DNA of 63,481 nucleotides, filler included, from an uncultured Methanosarcinales archaeon (GCA_964566535.1; 4 parts of 4 records of this genome joined end to end with filler, not necessarily neighbours in it); one strand, 5' to 3'; shown: positions 49,339 to 60,575, counted from the whole stretch's first letter. Notes: generated by a model not told the origin, from the letters alone. Program-made: numbers and translations.

Positions 49339-50204
49339 CTCTTTTTTATTTTCTTTAATTGCTTGAAAACGTCCTTTTTCTGAGGTTGTTTTCTTAGTTT
49401 TGAAAGTTTTTTGAAAACATCTTGTTTTTTCTCTTTGGGGATGGTGCTGCCTTGTTTTATTTTTCTTAATTTAGCTAATACTGCTGCTTCTTTTGATTGT
49501 GGAACTTGTTTTGGTGCTTGTTTTTGTGCAGGTGCTCTTTGCCCAGGTATTTGTTGTTTCCTTGCTACTTGAGGTCTTAAAGGTTGTGTCTGAGGCCTTA
49601 GTATTTTTTTAGTTTGGATTGGTCTTACCGGTGTTCTTTGTGCTGGTCTTATGTACCTTCTTCTAAATACTGGGCGTTGAAGCTGAGGTTTGGGAGTAAC
49701 TTTCTTTGTTTTTGTTCTTTTTACGTAGATTATTATGAATGCGATTGCGACGAACAATGAGGCTAGGAAAAATGAATGTTTAGCTGTTCTGCTTAAAGGA
49801 GGTTTTGTTCTTTCTGGTTTTGGTTGTAGTTGTTGCTCTGCTCTTTGTTGGATTACTTGTTCTTTTTCCTGCTCAACTATTCTTGACGATTTTCCGAAGT
49901 TTATTTCTTGTGTAAATTGTTTTTCTGATGTCTTTACATTAATCATATGAGTTCCTGGCTCAATTGTTCTGGTTAAGATGACTCCAATGTTTGGTCTTAT
50001 TCTGCCGTCTAAAGATTCGTAAGGGTTGTCGTCGATGGCCACTTCAACATCATTTAGTATGTCTTCTCCTTTATTGGATAATTGTATTCTTGCTACACCT
50101 GTGTCTGGGTCGTATTGGATGACTTGGATCTTTAGTGTTTGAGCTAATGCTAGTTGGAGAAGTAATAGGAATACAATTATTGTTATTGATAATGATTTTT
50201 TCAT
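49335..50204 (-). CDS. Type I membrane protein (signal peptide, small beta domain, TM, basic Q/P/K-rich tail)
   Basis: Signal peptide ...LALA-Q; TM FFLASLFVAIAFIIIYV. Confidence 0.75.
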   Translation of the reverse strand: MKKSLSITIIVFLLLLQLALAQTLKIQVIQYDPDTGVARIQLSNKGEDILNDVEVAIDDNPYESLDGRIRPNIGVILTRTIEPGTHMINVKTSEKQFTQEINFGKSSRIVEQEKEQVIQQRAEQQLQPKPERTKPPLSRTAKHSFFLASLFVAIAFIIIYVKRTKTKKVTPKPQLQRPVFRRRYIRPAQRTPVRPIQTKKILRPQTQPLRPQVARKQQIPGQRAPAQKQAPKQVPQSKEAAVLAKLRKIKQGSTIPKEKKQDVFKKLSKLRKQPQKKDVFKQLKKIKKS

Positions 50205-50246
50205 TTTTGAATTATTATCTTTAATTATTGGCAGGAAGTTGCGTCT

Positions 50247-53200
50247 TCATGTTTTTCCAATATGGTCGCATAATCCATAACATCCACCATCGCATCTTCC
50301 TGGCTGGTCAAAGCATGTGTCGAAAGTGACTACGTTGTTTGCGATGCAATCAGCATCAGTGAATATGTCATCGCCATCGCCATCTTGACCGTCATATCCT
50401 ATGTTGTCAAGGCAGAGCTTTGTGGATGGATTATCTCTTTTGTATTGGACTAGGGCTGTACATTCTGTGTAGCTGATACAGCATTTTTCTGAGTTGCCAT
50501 CAATATCGTAAACTGATAAGCACTCTCTACTGCCATCTTCAAAATCCTGACAATCTGAGTCATAGTCACAGTGAGTATTGTCAACACAACAAGTTTTTTC
50601 ATTTGGCCCTATTCCTATTCCAATGCAATCAGTATCTGCGCAGTCTATGTCTCCATTGCCGTCATCATCCACCTCATTATCGCAGTCTTCTGGGATGTTT
50701 ACATCAAATGTTGTTGATAATGGGTCTGGATAGTCGTGATAGTCGTTTCCAGATAAATCTTGGCATGCTATGTAGTAAGTTGTTTCAGGAGTTAAGTCTG
50801 TTAAACCAGTTATTTGGTGAGTATTTGTAAGAACTCCCCTAGTTTCGAAATCATTTGACATGTCATCGTAAGTTGTGTCTGAAGGTGATGTTGAGAATCT
50901 GCAGTTAACTGGTTCGTCTGTTGCTGATACTGTTAAAGTTACTTCTGAGGTTGTTACTGTTCCAGATGGCCCTACAGAATCTGTATCTATTGTTGGTGGG
51001 GTTCTGTCAACTGTTAATGGTGCTGTGATTTCAGTCCATTGATCGACTCCATCTTTTGCTTTGATGAAGACAGTGTACACGCCAGTATCTATTGGGTCTA
51101 AGTCGAATGAGAATGTAACTTCGACAGCAGGTGTTGGGGAAAGGGAGGTCCAGTCTTGGATTGTTGCTGTTGTTGTTAATTTGTACTGGACATCAACTAC
51201 TTCTGAAGATGCGTCAGTAGCTGTTCCTGAGTAAGTGACTGCTTCTGCACTTGTAAATTCTCCTGGTGTTCCTGTTAAATCGATTACTGGGCCTTGGGTG
51301 TCTACTGTTACTTGTCTTTCAGTTTCAGATGCCATGTGTCCTGCTTCATCTGCCGTGAATACATTAAATGTGTAATGTAAATCTGCTAAGTCTGAGTATG
51401 TTCTTGAGTAAGGTGTTGAGCCGTCAATAGATGATTGGATTTCTTCAGCAGAGAGTGCTCTTTTATGTACTTGGACTTCGTCTATTTGGCCGTTCCAGTA
51501 TTGATCGTCATCCTTTGTTTTTCCAATATAGAAATTTCCTGCAATTGGAGCTAGTGTATCTCCTGCTGGAGTTGATTCAGTACAATCCTGGACTCCATTA
51601 ATATAAGTTTTAAGTGTTTCAGTTGAGCTGTCCCATGTAAAAGCTAAATGAGACCAGGTATTTATTGGGATTGTTCCACTGTTACAATACCAGTTAGATC
51701 CTGCAGTGGTAAAATCTAATCTTACTCCTAAATTACCATCCATTCTTTTAACTAAGAAAGGGGAACTTGCTTGGCTCATAATTCCTCTTTGCTCTCCATC
51801 ATTGCCAGTGTATGTAAGAACCCATGCTTGGTAAGTAAATCCGTCTACTAGTTGGCTGCCTAAGTCTGGAACTGAAACGGAACTGGTTCCTGGGAATTCC
51901 AATGCTTGTCCGAATTTTCCAGGTACCGATAGTGCATCATTATTTGAAGCAGTTGTTGTGTGGGTAGAGTCATCAACTAATGTGTTTACATCAGCATCTT
52001 CGAACCTATACCATCCAAGTAATTTTTGATCTAGATCGCCTACAATGTAGCGGTTATTGTCGTCAGTTGATTGAGCTTCTACTGTGAATGAGTCTGTGCT
52101 AACCATTGATTCATGTGCAGGTGTTGATCCAGTATATTGGATAGTTGGAGGGGTTGTGTCAACCTTGAATGTAACTGGGGAAGCTGATGTCATAGGGTTA
52201 ATTGTGTCTGAGCAGGAAATGAAGTAGTTATTTGTTTCTTCTGCTGCTGTTATTGTCCATGAATGAATTTGAGATAGGGGTGAGTCGGCTGATGTCATAT
52301 CTGCGTAACCTTGTGATGTTGTTGAGTATCTGCATTGAGCTTGCTCGTCAGTTTCAGCTGTTAAGGTTATTGAATCTGTAGGGAATGTTCCTGAAGGGCC
52401 TGTTGCAGTTATTGAAGGTGCTGTTGCGTCAAAAGTATAGGTAATGTCTTTATTACTTCCTGAAGTTGAGCTTAGTGGGCTGTCTTCTAGTTCTTCGCAG
52501 GATATATGGACTGATTTTTCTCCTTCTGCTCCCAAGGTTGGGAAATTACAGGTTAAATCATAAGGTGGTAAGGTATTTGTGGTTCTACAATCAACTTCAT
52601 CTTCATCTAGCATATCTGTATAAGATAAATCATATGAAGTTGCGTCTGATGTATCTGGGTCTAATAGGGCAATACATCTTCCACGTTTAGTTATTTCAAA
52701 TGAGACTGAAAGTGGTTCAGCAGCTATGATTGAGCCCGGTGTTGGGGTTATTGAATCGTCGTCTACTTGAGGCTCTACAGATGGTGTGGGGTCCCTGTAA
52801 TATTCGTGGGCTTTAGTAGTTGATTCATATCCTGCTTGGTCATTACATTTGATGTAATAGGTTATTAGTGACCTATCTTCAGGTCCGTCTCCTGGGTCTC
52901 CTTGTGCTGTACATGATGTGCCTCCTTCAATATTGTCGCAAGGCCACATGGATGTAATTGATGTGTCAGTTGTATACATTCCGCACAATCCAAGGTTTGG
53001 TTCATCAACTGTACATTCAATTTTTGGGAATTCTGGAGCATCAGAAGGCGGTAAGCAAGTTCCTATTGATGGCGGTGTTGAGTCTGAAGAGAAGTCTATG
53101 TTGAAGTTGTTCCAACCCCTAGTGTTGGTTGCAACATCTTTTGTCCACATGGAGATGTCGTTATTATCAAATTCTCCAAAGCTATCTGCTGGGTCTATTG

Positions 53201-55661
53201 TGAATGTAACTGTTCTTACATCTCCCGTTTGTTCGGTTGAACAAGCTGTTATGGTGATTAGATCCGCTCCATCTGATGTTGGATGTTTTGAAGCAACTCC
53301 TCCGCCAGTGCAATCAACTTCATCTGAATCTTCCCATAATGGGTTGGCTGGATGCCAACCAATCTGGCCCCTTCTATTTACAGAGTTGTCACCATCTTCA
53401 TTTATGTATGCGCTTAGTTGTTTAAATCCGGATAATTCTTCTGTAGATGTTAGGGTAATATCGTAAGTAGATGTTCCTTCTGTTCTCCAAACATCTGGAG
53501 AAACTGTTACAGAGCCTGTATCTATTGATGGTGCTGTTTTGTCGATTTTAATTGTTGCAGATTGTACTGCTTCTTCGTTTCCTGCTTCGTCAACTGAATA
53601 GTATTTTATTGTATGTGTTCCTTCTGTTGTTAAGGTGAATGTATTGCCAGAAGAAGAGTCCTCTGTAGGGGTTGTTCCGTCAGTTGTGTAATAAGTTGCT
53701 GCGCAAGTATTATCATCAGTGCAATCTAAATTTACTTCAATGTCTGTTTTTTGCCATCCTCCTGGTGGAGTGTAAGAAGTTGATGGGAGCGAGACGTCAA
53801 CTGTGAATGAAATGTGGTAATCNNNNNNNNNNNNNNNNNNNNNNNNNNNNNNNNNNNNNNNNNNNNNNNNNNNNNNNNNNNNNNNNNNNNNNNNNNNNNN
53901 NNNNNNNNNNNNNNNNNNNNNNTCTTTTGCCATTGCACAGACCCACTTATAACTGCTGATTGCGATGGTGCCATCGTCATCTGCTGTATATGAAGCAGTG
54001 GTTGTGGGACATGTTCCTGGATCTGAATTGTATTTTTTGAATCCGTATGAGGTTGTGTCACAACCTGAGCGATCGTCTTGGCAATCTATTGCAGGGTTTT
54101 GGTTTTCGTTTGAAGGGTTATCTGGTGCGCCTGTTACTGAAACTGATGGTGGGCCATTATCAATATTTAGCCACCAGTCTTCTAATACATGGTAACCAAA
54201 GCCATTCCATGCTTCATCATATAAAAATGATCTAATTAAGTAGTCTCCTTCTTCAGATTTAGTTTGGACCTTCCATTTTACTGTAACTGTTTCAGCGTCA
54301 ACAGGGCAAGTTCCAACACATTCTGCAGATTTAATATCAATGACATTATCATTTCCCATCCATTCATAATATGGGGCTGATGTTTGGGCTGTTGTAGGTA
54401 GATCATTTACATTAACATAGGATTTGATTTCATCTCCTGTATGAACTGGTGGACTAGCTTTCCAATCAGGATTACAACCACCATTTGGACCACAACCATC
54501 TTTTAGGAAAGTTAGGTATTGCCTAGTGGGTGTTGCGTGGCTATCTGTATGAGTTATTGTAAAGTAAGTGTTAACTCCGTTTTTTGTCCAACAGATTTTA
54601 TTAGTGGTGTCTTCAAAACTACATCCATCAATAGCGTAAGAGTCTAGTACTGGTGCAGTGCCATCAGAAACAATATTTTTGTCAAAATTTTTCCAACCTA
54701 ATGTGTTTCCAGCCCAATCATCGGTGTTTTTTGAGATATCGTGGAATAAGTCGTTGCTCTGTCCAAAATCTCCGAAGTCAGTATGAGGTTGGACGTATAG
54801 ATGGACTGTTTTTTCGTTTTTGATTGTTGTGTCTGCACAGCATCTTACGTAAACATTTGATTCTGTTTTGCTTGTGCATTCTTTTGGGAAGTCGGCTATT
54901 TTTCCAGTTGTTCCAGCTTGAGTCCAGTATTGGTCTACTCCGCAAGGAGTTGATGTCCATATTCTTTTAGAATCATAACCACAACCTGTTCCCCTTACTT
55001 CATCAGTATTTACTTCACCATAAGTGCAAAGTCTTGCTCCTGCTGCTGTGCAGAAGTCGTGGGCTTGTTCGTATGTTTTTACTCCTGAGCATCCACCTAA
55101 AGCAGCATCATCTGCATCTCCGCAAACTGCTGTTGAGCCGTAACTTGCCGCATTAGTCCAACCAAGTTCACCACATGTTTTTGAGGATGAAGCATAACCT
55201 GTACAATCAAGTAAATCTATGTATCCTCCACCGTGTGAAGAGTGTTTAGATACGGCTCCTCCTCCTTCACAAGTGTGTTGGTCGTCTGGCCAGGCAAAAA
55301 TAGAATCACTTCTCCAAGTGAAATAACCTCTTTTGTTTGCAGTATTATCTCCCTGGTGGTTTATGAGGGCGCTGATTGACTTAATTCCTGAGCCAGATTC
55401 AACTGATCTTAATGTTATGAACTGTTTGGTTGCTCCAGTTATTCTCCAATTTAGAGATGCCCATAAGTTGCCTTTTGTTGGAGGTGTTGTGTCAATTTTA
55501 ACATGGTCTGCTGCTACTTGTACTGCTTCTTCGTTTCCAGCTGCGTCAACTGAATAATATTTTATTTTGTAAACTCCGTCGGTTGTTAATGTTATTGTGT
55601 TTCCTGCTGTTGAGCTTGTAGTAGGGGTTGTTCCGTCAGTTGTGTAATAGGTTGTTGCGCA
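50247..55661 (-). CDS. Giant surface protein (about 1800 aa visible, 5'-truncated): Ig-like repeats, YYTTDGTTP (chitobiase/Fn3-associated) domains, LamG domain, Cys-rich modules
   Basis: The frame of ORF 50247-54359 stays stop-free up to the linker at 55662 (checked codon by codon). LamG motifs GWYRFE...WSHLAFTWD...YINGV...WNGQIDEV; many D.TPP Ig linkers. Includes the N gap 53823-53922. Confidence 0.85.
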   Translation of the reverse strand, partial: CATTYYTTDGTTPTTSSTAGNTITLTTDGVYKIKYYSVDAAGNEEAVQVAADHVKIDTTPPTKGNLWASLNWRITGATKQFITLRSVESGSGIKSISALINHQGDNTANKRGYFTWRSDSIFAWPDDQHTCEGGGAVSKHSSHGGGYIDLLDCTGYASSSKTCGELGWTNAASYGSTAVCGDADDAALGGCSGVKTYEQAHDFCTAAGARLCTYGEVNTDEVRGTGCGYDSKRIWTSTPCGVDQYWTQAGTTGKIADFPKECTSKTESNVYVRCCADTTIKNEKTVHLYVQPHTDFGDFGQSNDLFHDISKNTDDWAGNTLGWKNFDKNIVSDGTAPVLDSYAIDGCSFEDTTNKICWTKNGVNTYFTITHTDSHATPTRQYLTFLKDGCGPNGGCNPDWKASPPVHTGDEIKSYVNVNDLPTTAQTSAPYYEWMGNDNVIDIKSAECVGTCPVDAETVTVKWKVQTKSEEGDYLIRSFLYDEAWNGFGYHVLEDWWLNIDNGPPSVSVTGAPDNPSNENQNPAIDCQDDRSGCDTTSYGFKKYNSDPGTCPTTTASYTADDDGTIAISSYKWVCAMAKXXXXXXXXXXXXXXXXXXXXXXXXXXXXXXXXXXDYHISFTVDVSLPSTSYTPPGGWQKTDIEVNLDCTDDNTCAATYYTTDGTTPTEDSSSGNTFTLTTEGTHTIKYYSVDEAGNEEAVQSATIKIDKTAPSIDTGSVTVSPDVWRTEGTSTYDITLTSTEELSGFKQLSAYINEDGDNSVNRRGQIGWHPANPLWEDSDEVDCTGGGVASKHPTSDGADLITITACSTEQTGDVRTVTFTIDPADSFGEFDNNDISMWTKDVATNTRGWNNFNIDFSSDSTPPSIGTCLPPSDAPEFPKIECTVDEPNLGLCGMYTTDTSITSMWPCDNIEGGTSCTAQGDPGDGPEDRSLITYYIKCNDQAGYESTTKAHEYYRDPTPSVEPQVDDDSITPTPGSIIAAEPLSVSFEITKRGRCIALLDPDTSDATSYDLSYTDMLDEDEVDCRTTNTLPPYDLTCNFPTLGAEGEKSVHISCEELEDSPLSSTSGSNKDITYTFDATAPSITATGPSGTFPTDSITLTAETDEQAQCRYSTTSQGYADMTSADSPLSQIHSWTITAAEETNNYFISCSDTINPMTSASPVTFKVDTTPPTIQYTGSTPAHESMVSTDSFTVEAQSTDDNNRYIVGDLDQKLLGWYRFEDADVNTLVDDSTHTTTASNNDALSVPGKFGQALEFPGTSSVSVPDLGSQLVDGFTYQAWVLTYTGNDGEQRGIMSQASSPFLVKRMDGNLGVRLDFTTAGSNWYCNSGTIPINTWSHLAFTWDSSTETLKTYINGVQDCTESTPAGDTLAPIAGNFYIGKTKDDDQYWNGQIDEVQVHKRALSAEEIQSSIDGSTPYSRTYSDLADLHYTFNVFTADEAGHMASETERQVTVDTQGPVIDLTGTPGEFTSAEAVTYSGTATDASSEVVDVQYKLTTTATIQDWTSLSPTPAVEVTFSFDLDPIDTGVYTVFIKAKDGVDQWTEITAPLTVDRTPPTIDTDSVGPSGTVTTSEVTLTVSATDEPVNCRFSTSPSDTTYDDMSNDFETRGVLTNTHQITGLTDLTPETTYYIACQDLSGNDYHDYPDPLSTTFDVNIPEDCDNEVDDDGNGDIDCADTDCIGIGIGPNEKTCCVDNTHCDYDSDCQDFEDGSRECLSVYDIDGNSEKCCISYTECTALVQYKRDNPSTKLCLDNIGYDGQDGDGDDIFTDADCIANNVVTFDTCFDQPGRCDGGCYGLCDHIGKT

Positions 55662-55761
55662 NNNNNNNNNNNNNNNNNNNNNNNNNNNNNNNNNNNNNNN
55701 NNNNNTTAATTAATTAANNNNNNNNNNNNNNNNNNNNNNNNNNNNNNNNNNNNNNNNNNNN
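55662..55761. other. Artificial contig linker (N44-TTAATTAATTAA-N44)
   Basis: Linker at 55706-55717. Confidence 0.98.
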
Positions 55762-56637
55762 CTTCTGTAATATTTTTGGAGTTTCACCTGTAAATATTAA
55801 ATCATCAGATGACTTTACAACCGTTTTTGGTATAACTTCAACGATCTTCATATTTTTCATATCTCTTGGAGCTGTAATAATAAGTGTTATTTGTGACCTG
55901 TACACAGCATCTCCTGTATCCTGATTATTTATCTTATACACTGTCAAAGTTCTTGCAACAGTAGCCTTAACCTTTTCTCCAGATTCAAAACCTGTCCTTA
56001 ACTCCTGTAATACAGCTACTGCTTTTGTATCAGTAACATGCTGCTCTATTGCTTCTTCTATACCTGCAAGTGTATTCTCAGTAAACGTCTCAGTTGAAGC
56101 ATCTCCTACTTGATAATATTTAAGATTAGCATCTTCCCAACCTTCAGGCAATGCTTTATCTAATCTATTAATAATATAAGAATCCACTGCTACTTCCTCT
56201 AAGCTTTCTGTTGAAACTGCTGATCCTCCACTAGTACCAGCTGATGAATCTGCTGCTGCTGCTGCTGCTGTTGCTGTATAAGTCAAATCAAGTTCAGTAA
56301 TAGCGCCAGGTGTATAATTAGAAGTTGTCGAAATAGCTCCACTTGAAGCTCCAAATGTAATAGTTGCTCCAATTGTACAACCACTCTCTCCTGCAGCACA
56401 TACTATTAGTTTACCATCTGAAGACGCTGCAGACCTATTTCCATAATAACCTGACTTAACAAGCGAATAACTCCCCACTTCTGTTGAGCCTATACTTGCT
56501 GTAATTTCCATTCCTATAGCTGCTCCTCCAGATATTGCACCATAATAGGCTTGTGGTGTTGTAGGTACATTTGCCCCTAACACAATACCTGAAAGGAGAA
56601 TACCAAATAATACCATTAAGTTAATTCTGTTTTTCAT
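55762..56637 (-). CDS. Secreted/surface protein (3'-truncated)
   Basis: Signal peptide, PQAYYG N-terminal domain, Ala/Ser/Gly linker, IVEVIPK segment. Confidence 0.7.
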
Positions 56638-56686
56638 TTTATCACTTCATTAAATTAAAAATAATAAATAAAAAAGAAATTTAAAT

Positions 56687-59626
56687 TTACCACCTGCCAT
56701 ACCCTGCAAAGTCATAGTTCGCATCTCCATTTGATGCTGTCCAAATCCAATACGCTTTATATGGCTTAACAGTTCCTGTCGTTGATATTGCTGTTGGTGT
56801 TATAGGCGTAGCAGTATCTGTTGTGTCAAGGAAATTAGATACAGTAGTTACTGGTGACAAAGATCCTAACCAGTCTCCATTATTCGTTACATCTGTATCA
56901 TCGTTCCTCAAATATCCATCAACGCCAACCAACGAATATGCTCCATCACTAATGCTAACGCTTGTTGTCCATGTGTTATCAGGGTTTGCTCCTCCAAACA
57001 ATGGCACTGCTATTGGTATATCAATAGTAGCATTTGGTCCCAACCCTGTAACTTTCAGCAAATAACCTCTATAAGGTACTATATCTGCTATTGCTGTAGA
57101 TACCCATGCTGACCCTGTATGCGTATATATTTGCGAAGTATATACTGCAAGCGCATTACTTGTTACATCTGTATTTATTTCATGAGGTACACTAAACCCT
57201 GTCCAACCTATAGTTCCATCACCTGTTGCTGTCAATGTTAAGGCATTATCATAGATATCCTTTACACCACTGCTATTTGATAAAGGATTACCTGCTCCAT
57301 CTGTAATATTCTTTGTGCCATTAACCAATATTATTCCATGCACCCTTCCACTGGTTCCATTATAGATTCCTCTTAACCATATTCTCTGGCTTTTGTTAAT
57401 CGCAACCCTTATTTTAGTGTAATCAGACAATCTGAAATAGCTCCTTTGCACTCCTCCCTGACTTCTCGTCCTATTAACCAACAAAGCTGTAGTTTTACTT
57501 GAGCTGTTGGCTAAATAAAGATAAGGGTTTGTAGCAGTAGAGTTTGTATTCACTATTGTCATGTTTTCGCTAAACTTCAATATAAGGAAGTCTGTTCCAA
57601 CCTGCACTCCAGTAGTTTCATTATAGTCAGAACCAGTGTCATTATACCATACCATTGTCAATGTAGGCAGTGTAGTGTCTATCACAAATGTATTTGTGGC
57701 ATTAGTCATTGCATTACCTGCAGCATCTTGTGCTCCAGTTACATTAATAATGGTTCTACCATCACCTACATCATCTGCCCATGTGTCATTTATAGTAAAG
57801 CTTCCATTCCAGAATGTATAATTCACCCAAACTGCAGAAGTCAATATATACTTATTTGAACTCTCATTTGGCTGTAAACTTACATTAATAGTAAGGTTAG
57901 CTTTATCCATATATTCATCAAAGCTTATATTGAATACCACTGTTCCTGCCTTTGTTGGAGATGGATCACTCAACCCAATTGCAATATTCAATCCAGGTGA
58001 AGTTGTATCTTTTGTATAAGTGCTGCTATTAATATAACCCTTAGCTGTCCCATTACTTATCGGTGTCATATTGTTTCCAGATAAGTCAGTCAACGTCACG
58101 TTATTAAGAGATTTGCTAGCAATATACAAAGTATCCTTTCTCCATGCTGACAGATTATATGCCTGTACTACTGTTAACGTTATATTAATAGATGACTGAT
58201 TACTGTTACCCCTTGTTTCTACTGATGCATTAAATAGGTTAATCTGTCTGCTCCCACTAAAGGAACTAAGATTACTTTGGTTTCCAATAGTTATATTATT
58301 CACTGAAAACGTGCCTACAACAACTGCTTCACTAAAAGTAAGGTTTAACATCCTTGTGGCATGACTATAGCTAGCGCTTACCAAATAAGGCTGTGTAGTA
58401 TCATTTTTATATGAATTAAGTGCTTGATGAGTCACATTAGTTAAAATATTGCCTGAAGTATCATTAACAGTTACTGTATTCGCTGTAATATTCAAGCTCT
58501 TAGTAACCGGTTTCCATCCAAGTATCTCATCCCTATAATATTCAGATAAGGTAATCACTGTTTTATTTTGCTTACCTCCATATACAGTATAGCTCGTATT
58601 CGTTGAATCCAATGTAAAGGAATGGACATTATTATTAAGACTAGATAAAATTATCCCTGATACATTAACAACTGTCCCTATTGGTTCATTGAATATTAAT
58701 GTAAGGTTCCTTGTACTATAGTTATAAGTAATCTCTGTGGATTTTAAGGAAGGTTTAACCCTATCAGCAGCTGTTACATTTGTCCTTACTGATACATTAT
58801 TCCCTGCCCAGTCAGTTAATGATACATTTGTTCCATTCAGTATAACTATTGGTGTGTCATTTGCTGCAAAGTTCGCTACTGTGATACTAATTGTTTTATT
58901 ATCAGAAGATCTATCTATAAAACTACTAACTGCAAGAGCCACATTTTCACTACCATTATATCTAGTAACATTAAAATCTCCTACATCAGCAGTAGACATA
59001 GTCATCCCATTTGCCTCTGTAAAAGTTAAATTAATAGAGGCAGTACTGCCAGTACTATTAGTTACAGCAGATGCTAGAACAGGCGCTGTATTATCAATAG
59101 TCATATTATGAATTGCATAAGACTTATTTATCCCTGTTTTGTTATACAATGCCCATACCGTAAAATTATAAATCCCGTCCAACGACCCATTAACCGTTGC
59201 ATTAAACAAAAAGTAAGAAGTATTAGATGCATTAATCAAAGTAGCAAATGATAATGGTCCTTTCCAAAGAGTACCATTCCATTTTATCATGCCAGTAGAA
59301 GCATTGCCTGTAAATTGTGAACTGACATTTCCCCCAGTAGTAGTTGTTTGACGAGTTGCATTGCCTCCTGCCCATTTAAACGCAGGATCAAGGGTAATAT
59401 TAAGACTAGTTATATTATGAGTGGTATTAAGGTTTCTAACCGAAAGATTAAAAGTATATATACGTCCCCTTAAATAATACTCAGTACCATTTGCTCTATA
59501 TACCACTGATGAGTTCGCTTTAACTTCAGTGATATTCGCTGTAAAATAAGCAGCGCTCACCATCTCAGAAACCCCTATTAATACCAACAAACTAACCATA
59601 ATTAAGAACATATTTTTATAATTCAT
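56687..59626 (-). CDS. Large Asn/Thr-rich surface glycoprotein (S-layer/adhesin-like)
   Basis: Signal peptide; repeated D.T.P.L...L.LTF.E beta modules; very dense NxS/T sequons; SD GGAGG. Confidence 0.8.
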   Translation of the reverse strand: MNYKNMFLIMVSLLVLIGVSEMVSAAYFTANITEVKANSSVVYRANGTEYYLRGRIYTFNLSVRNLNTTHNITSLNITLDPAFKWAGGNATRQTTTTGGNVSSQFTGNASTGMIKWNGTLWKGPLSFATLINASNTSYFLFNATVNGSLDGIYNFTVWALYNKTGINKSYAIHNMTIDNTAPVLASAVTNSTGSTASINLTFTEANGMTMSTADVGDFNVTRYNGSENVALAVSSFIDRSSDNKTISITVANFAANDTPIVILNGTNVSLTDWAGNNVSVRTNVTAADRVKPSLKSTEITYNYSTRNLTLIFNEPIGTVVNVSGIILSSLNNNVHSFTLDSTNTSYTVYGGKQNKTVITLSEYYRDEILGWKPVTKSLNITANTVTVNDTSGNILTNVTHQALNSYKNDTTQPYLVSASYSHATRMLNLTFSEAVVVGTFSVNNITIGNQSNLSSFSGSRQINLFNASVETRGNSNQSSINITLTVVQAYNLSAWRKDTLYIASKSLNNVTLTDLSGNNMTPISNGTAKGYINSSTYTKDTTSPGLNIAIGLSDPSPTKAGTVVFNISFDEYMDKANLTINVSLQPNESSNKYILTSAVWVNYTFWNGSFTINDTWADDVGDGRTIINVTGAQDAAGNAMTNATNTFVIDTTLPTLTMVWYNDTGSDYNETTGVQVGTDFLILKFSENMTIVNTNSTATNPYLYLANSSSKTTALLVNRTRSQGGVQRSYFRLSDYTKIRVAINKSQRIWLRGIYNGTSGRVHGIILVNGTKNITDGAGNPLSNSSGVKDIYDNALTLTATGDGTIGWTGFSVPHEINTDVTSNALAVYTSQIYTHTGSAWVSTAIADIVPYRGYLLKVTGLGPNATIDIPIAVPLFGGANPDNTWTTSVSISDGAYSLVGVDGYLRNDDTDVTNNGDWLGSLSPVTTVSNFLDTTDTATPITPTAISTTGTVKPYKAYWIWTASNGDANYDFAGYGRW

Positions 59627-59886
59627 TTTTATCTAAACCTCCTTTTGCATCCCTTTTTTTTATAATAATTATTAGAAGATAAAGAAATTCTTTATCCCCT
59701 CTTTTTATTTTTTGATTTATATACCTGACTATAACTAATACTATTTTCAGTTTTATTACCTAATACATCTATATAAATCTTTCGTTTGACCTTATTCTTA
59801 GAAAAAACATAAAATAAAACAAAAAGTTTATATCGGCAGCCAGAAGAATACATAGAAAGAATATAAATAACCAACGAAGCAATACA

Positions 59887-60475
59887 ATGAAGAAATCAGA
59901 GCACATTACTGAACTGGAAAAGCATAACACATCCAATCTTCTATTTAAAAAATTATTAACCAAATTCACAGAAGATATAAACAAGTTAATTTCCAATCTA
60001 AATTTAAAGGATTCATCAACAATCTTAGACGCTGGATGTGGAAACGGCTTTCTGATGAAAAGCTTAAGGGAAAAGAACAGGAATCTTCAGTTTTCAGGGT
60101 TGGATATTCTGGAAGATTCAGTTAACCATGCAAAACAACTAAACAAAGGCTGCGAATTTATGGTAGGCTCTATCCAGACTATTCCATTAAAGGAAAACTC
60201 TATTGATTTAATCATCTGTTCAGAAGTTATTGAACACCTAAACAATCCTGAAAAGGCACTGGAAGAAATAAAAAGAACCACAAAGAAATATGCAATCATT
60301 TGTGTTCCTCATGAGCCTTTTTTCACCATAGCTAACCTACTAAGATTAAAATACCTTAAGACATTCGGTAATTATCCTGGGCATATCCAACGATTTGGAA
60401 AAAAAGGGTTTTCTAAACTGCTAAAAAAATACTTCACCAAAGTTTCAATAAAAAACTCAACCTTCTGGCTAATAG
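59887..60475 (+). CDS. Class I SAM-dependent methyltransferase (3'-truncated)
   Basis: ILDAGCGNG, DLIICSEVIEHL, VPHEP. Confidence 0.88.
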
Positions 60476-60575
60476 NNNNNNNNNNNNNNNNNNNNNNNNN
60501 NNNNNNNNNNNNNNNNNNNTTAATTAATTAANNNNNNNNNNNNNNNNNNNNNNNNNNNNNNNNNNNNNNNNNNNN
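60476..60575. other. Artificial contig linker (N44-TTAATTAATTAA-N44)
   Basis: Linker at 60520-60531. Confidence 0.98.
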
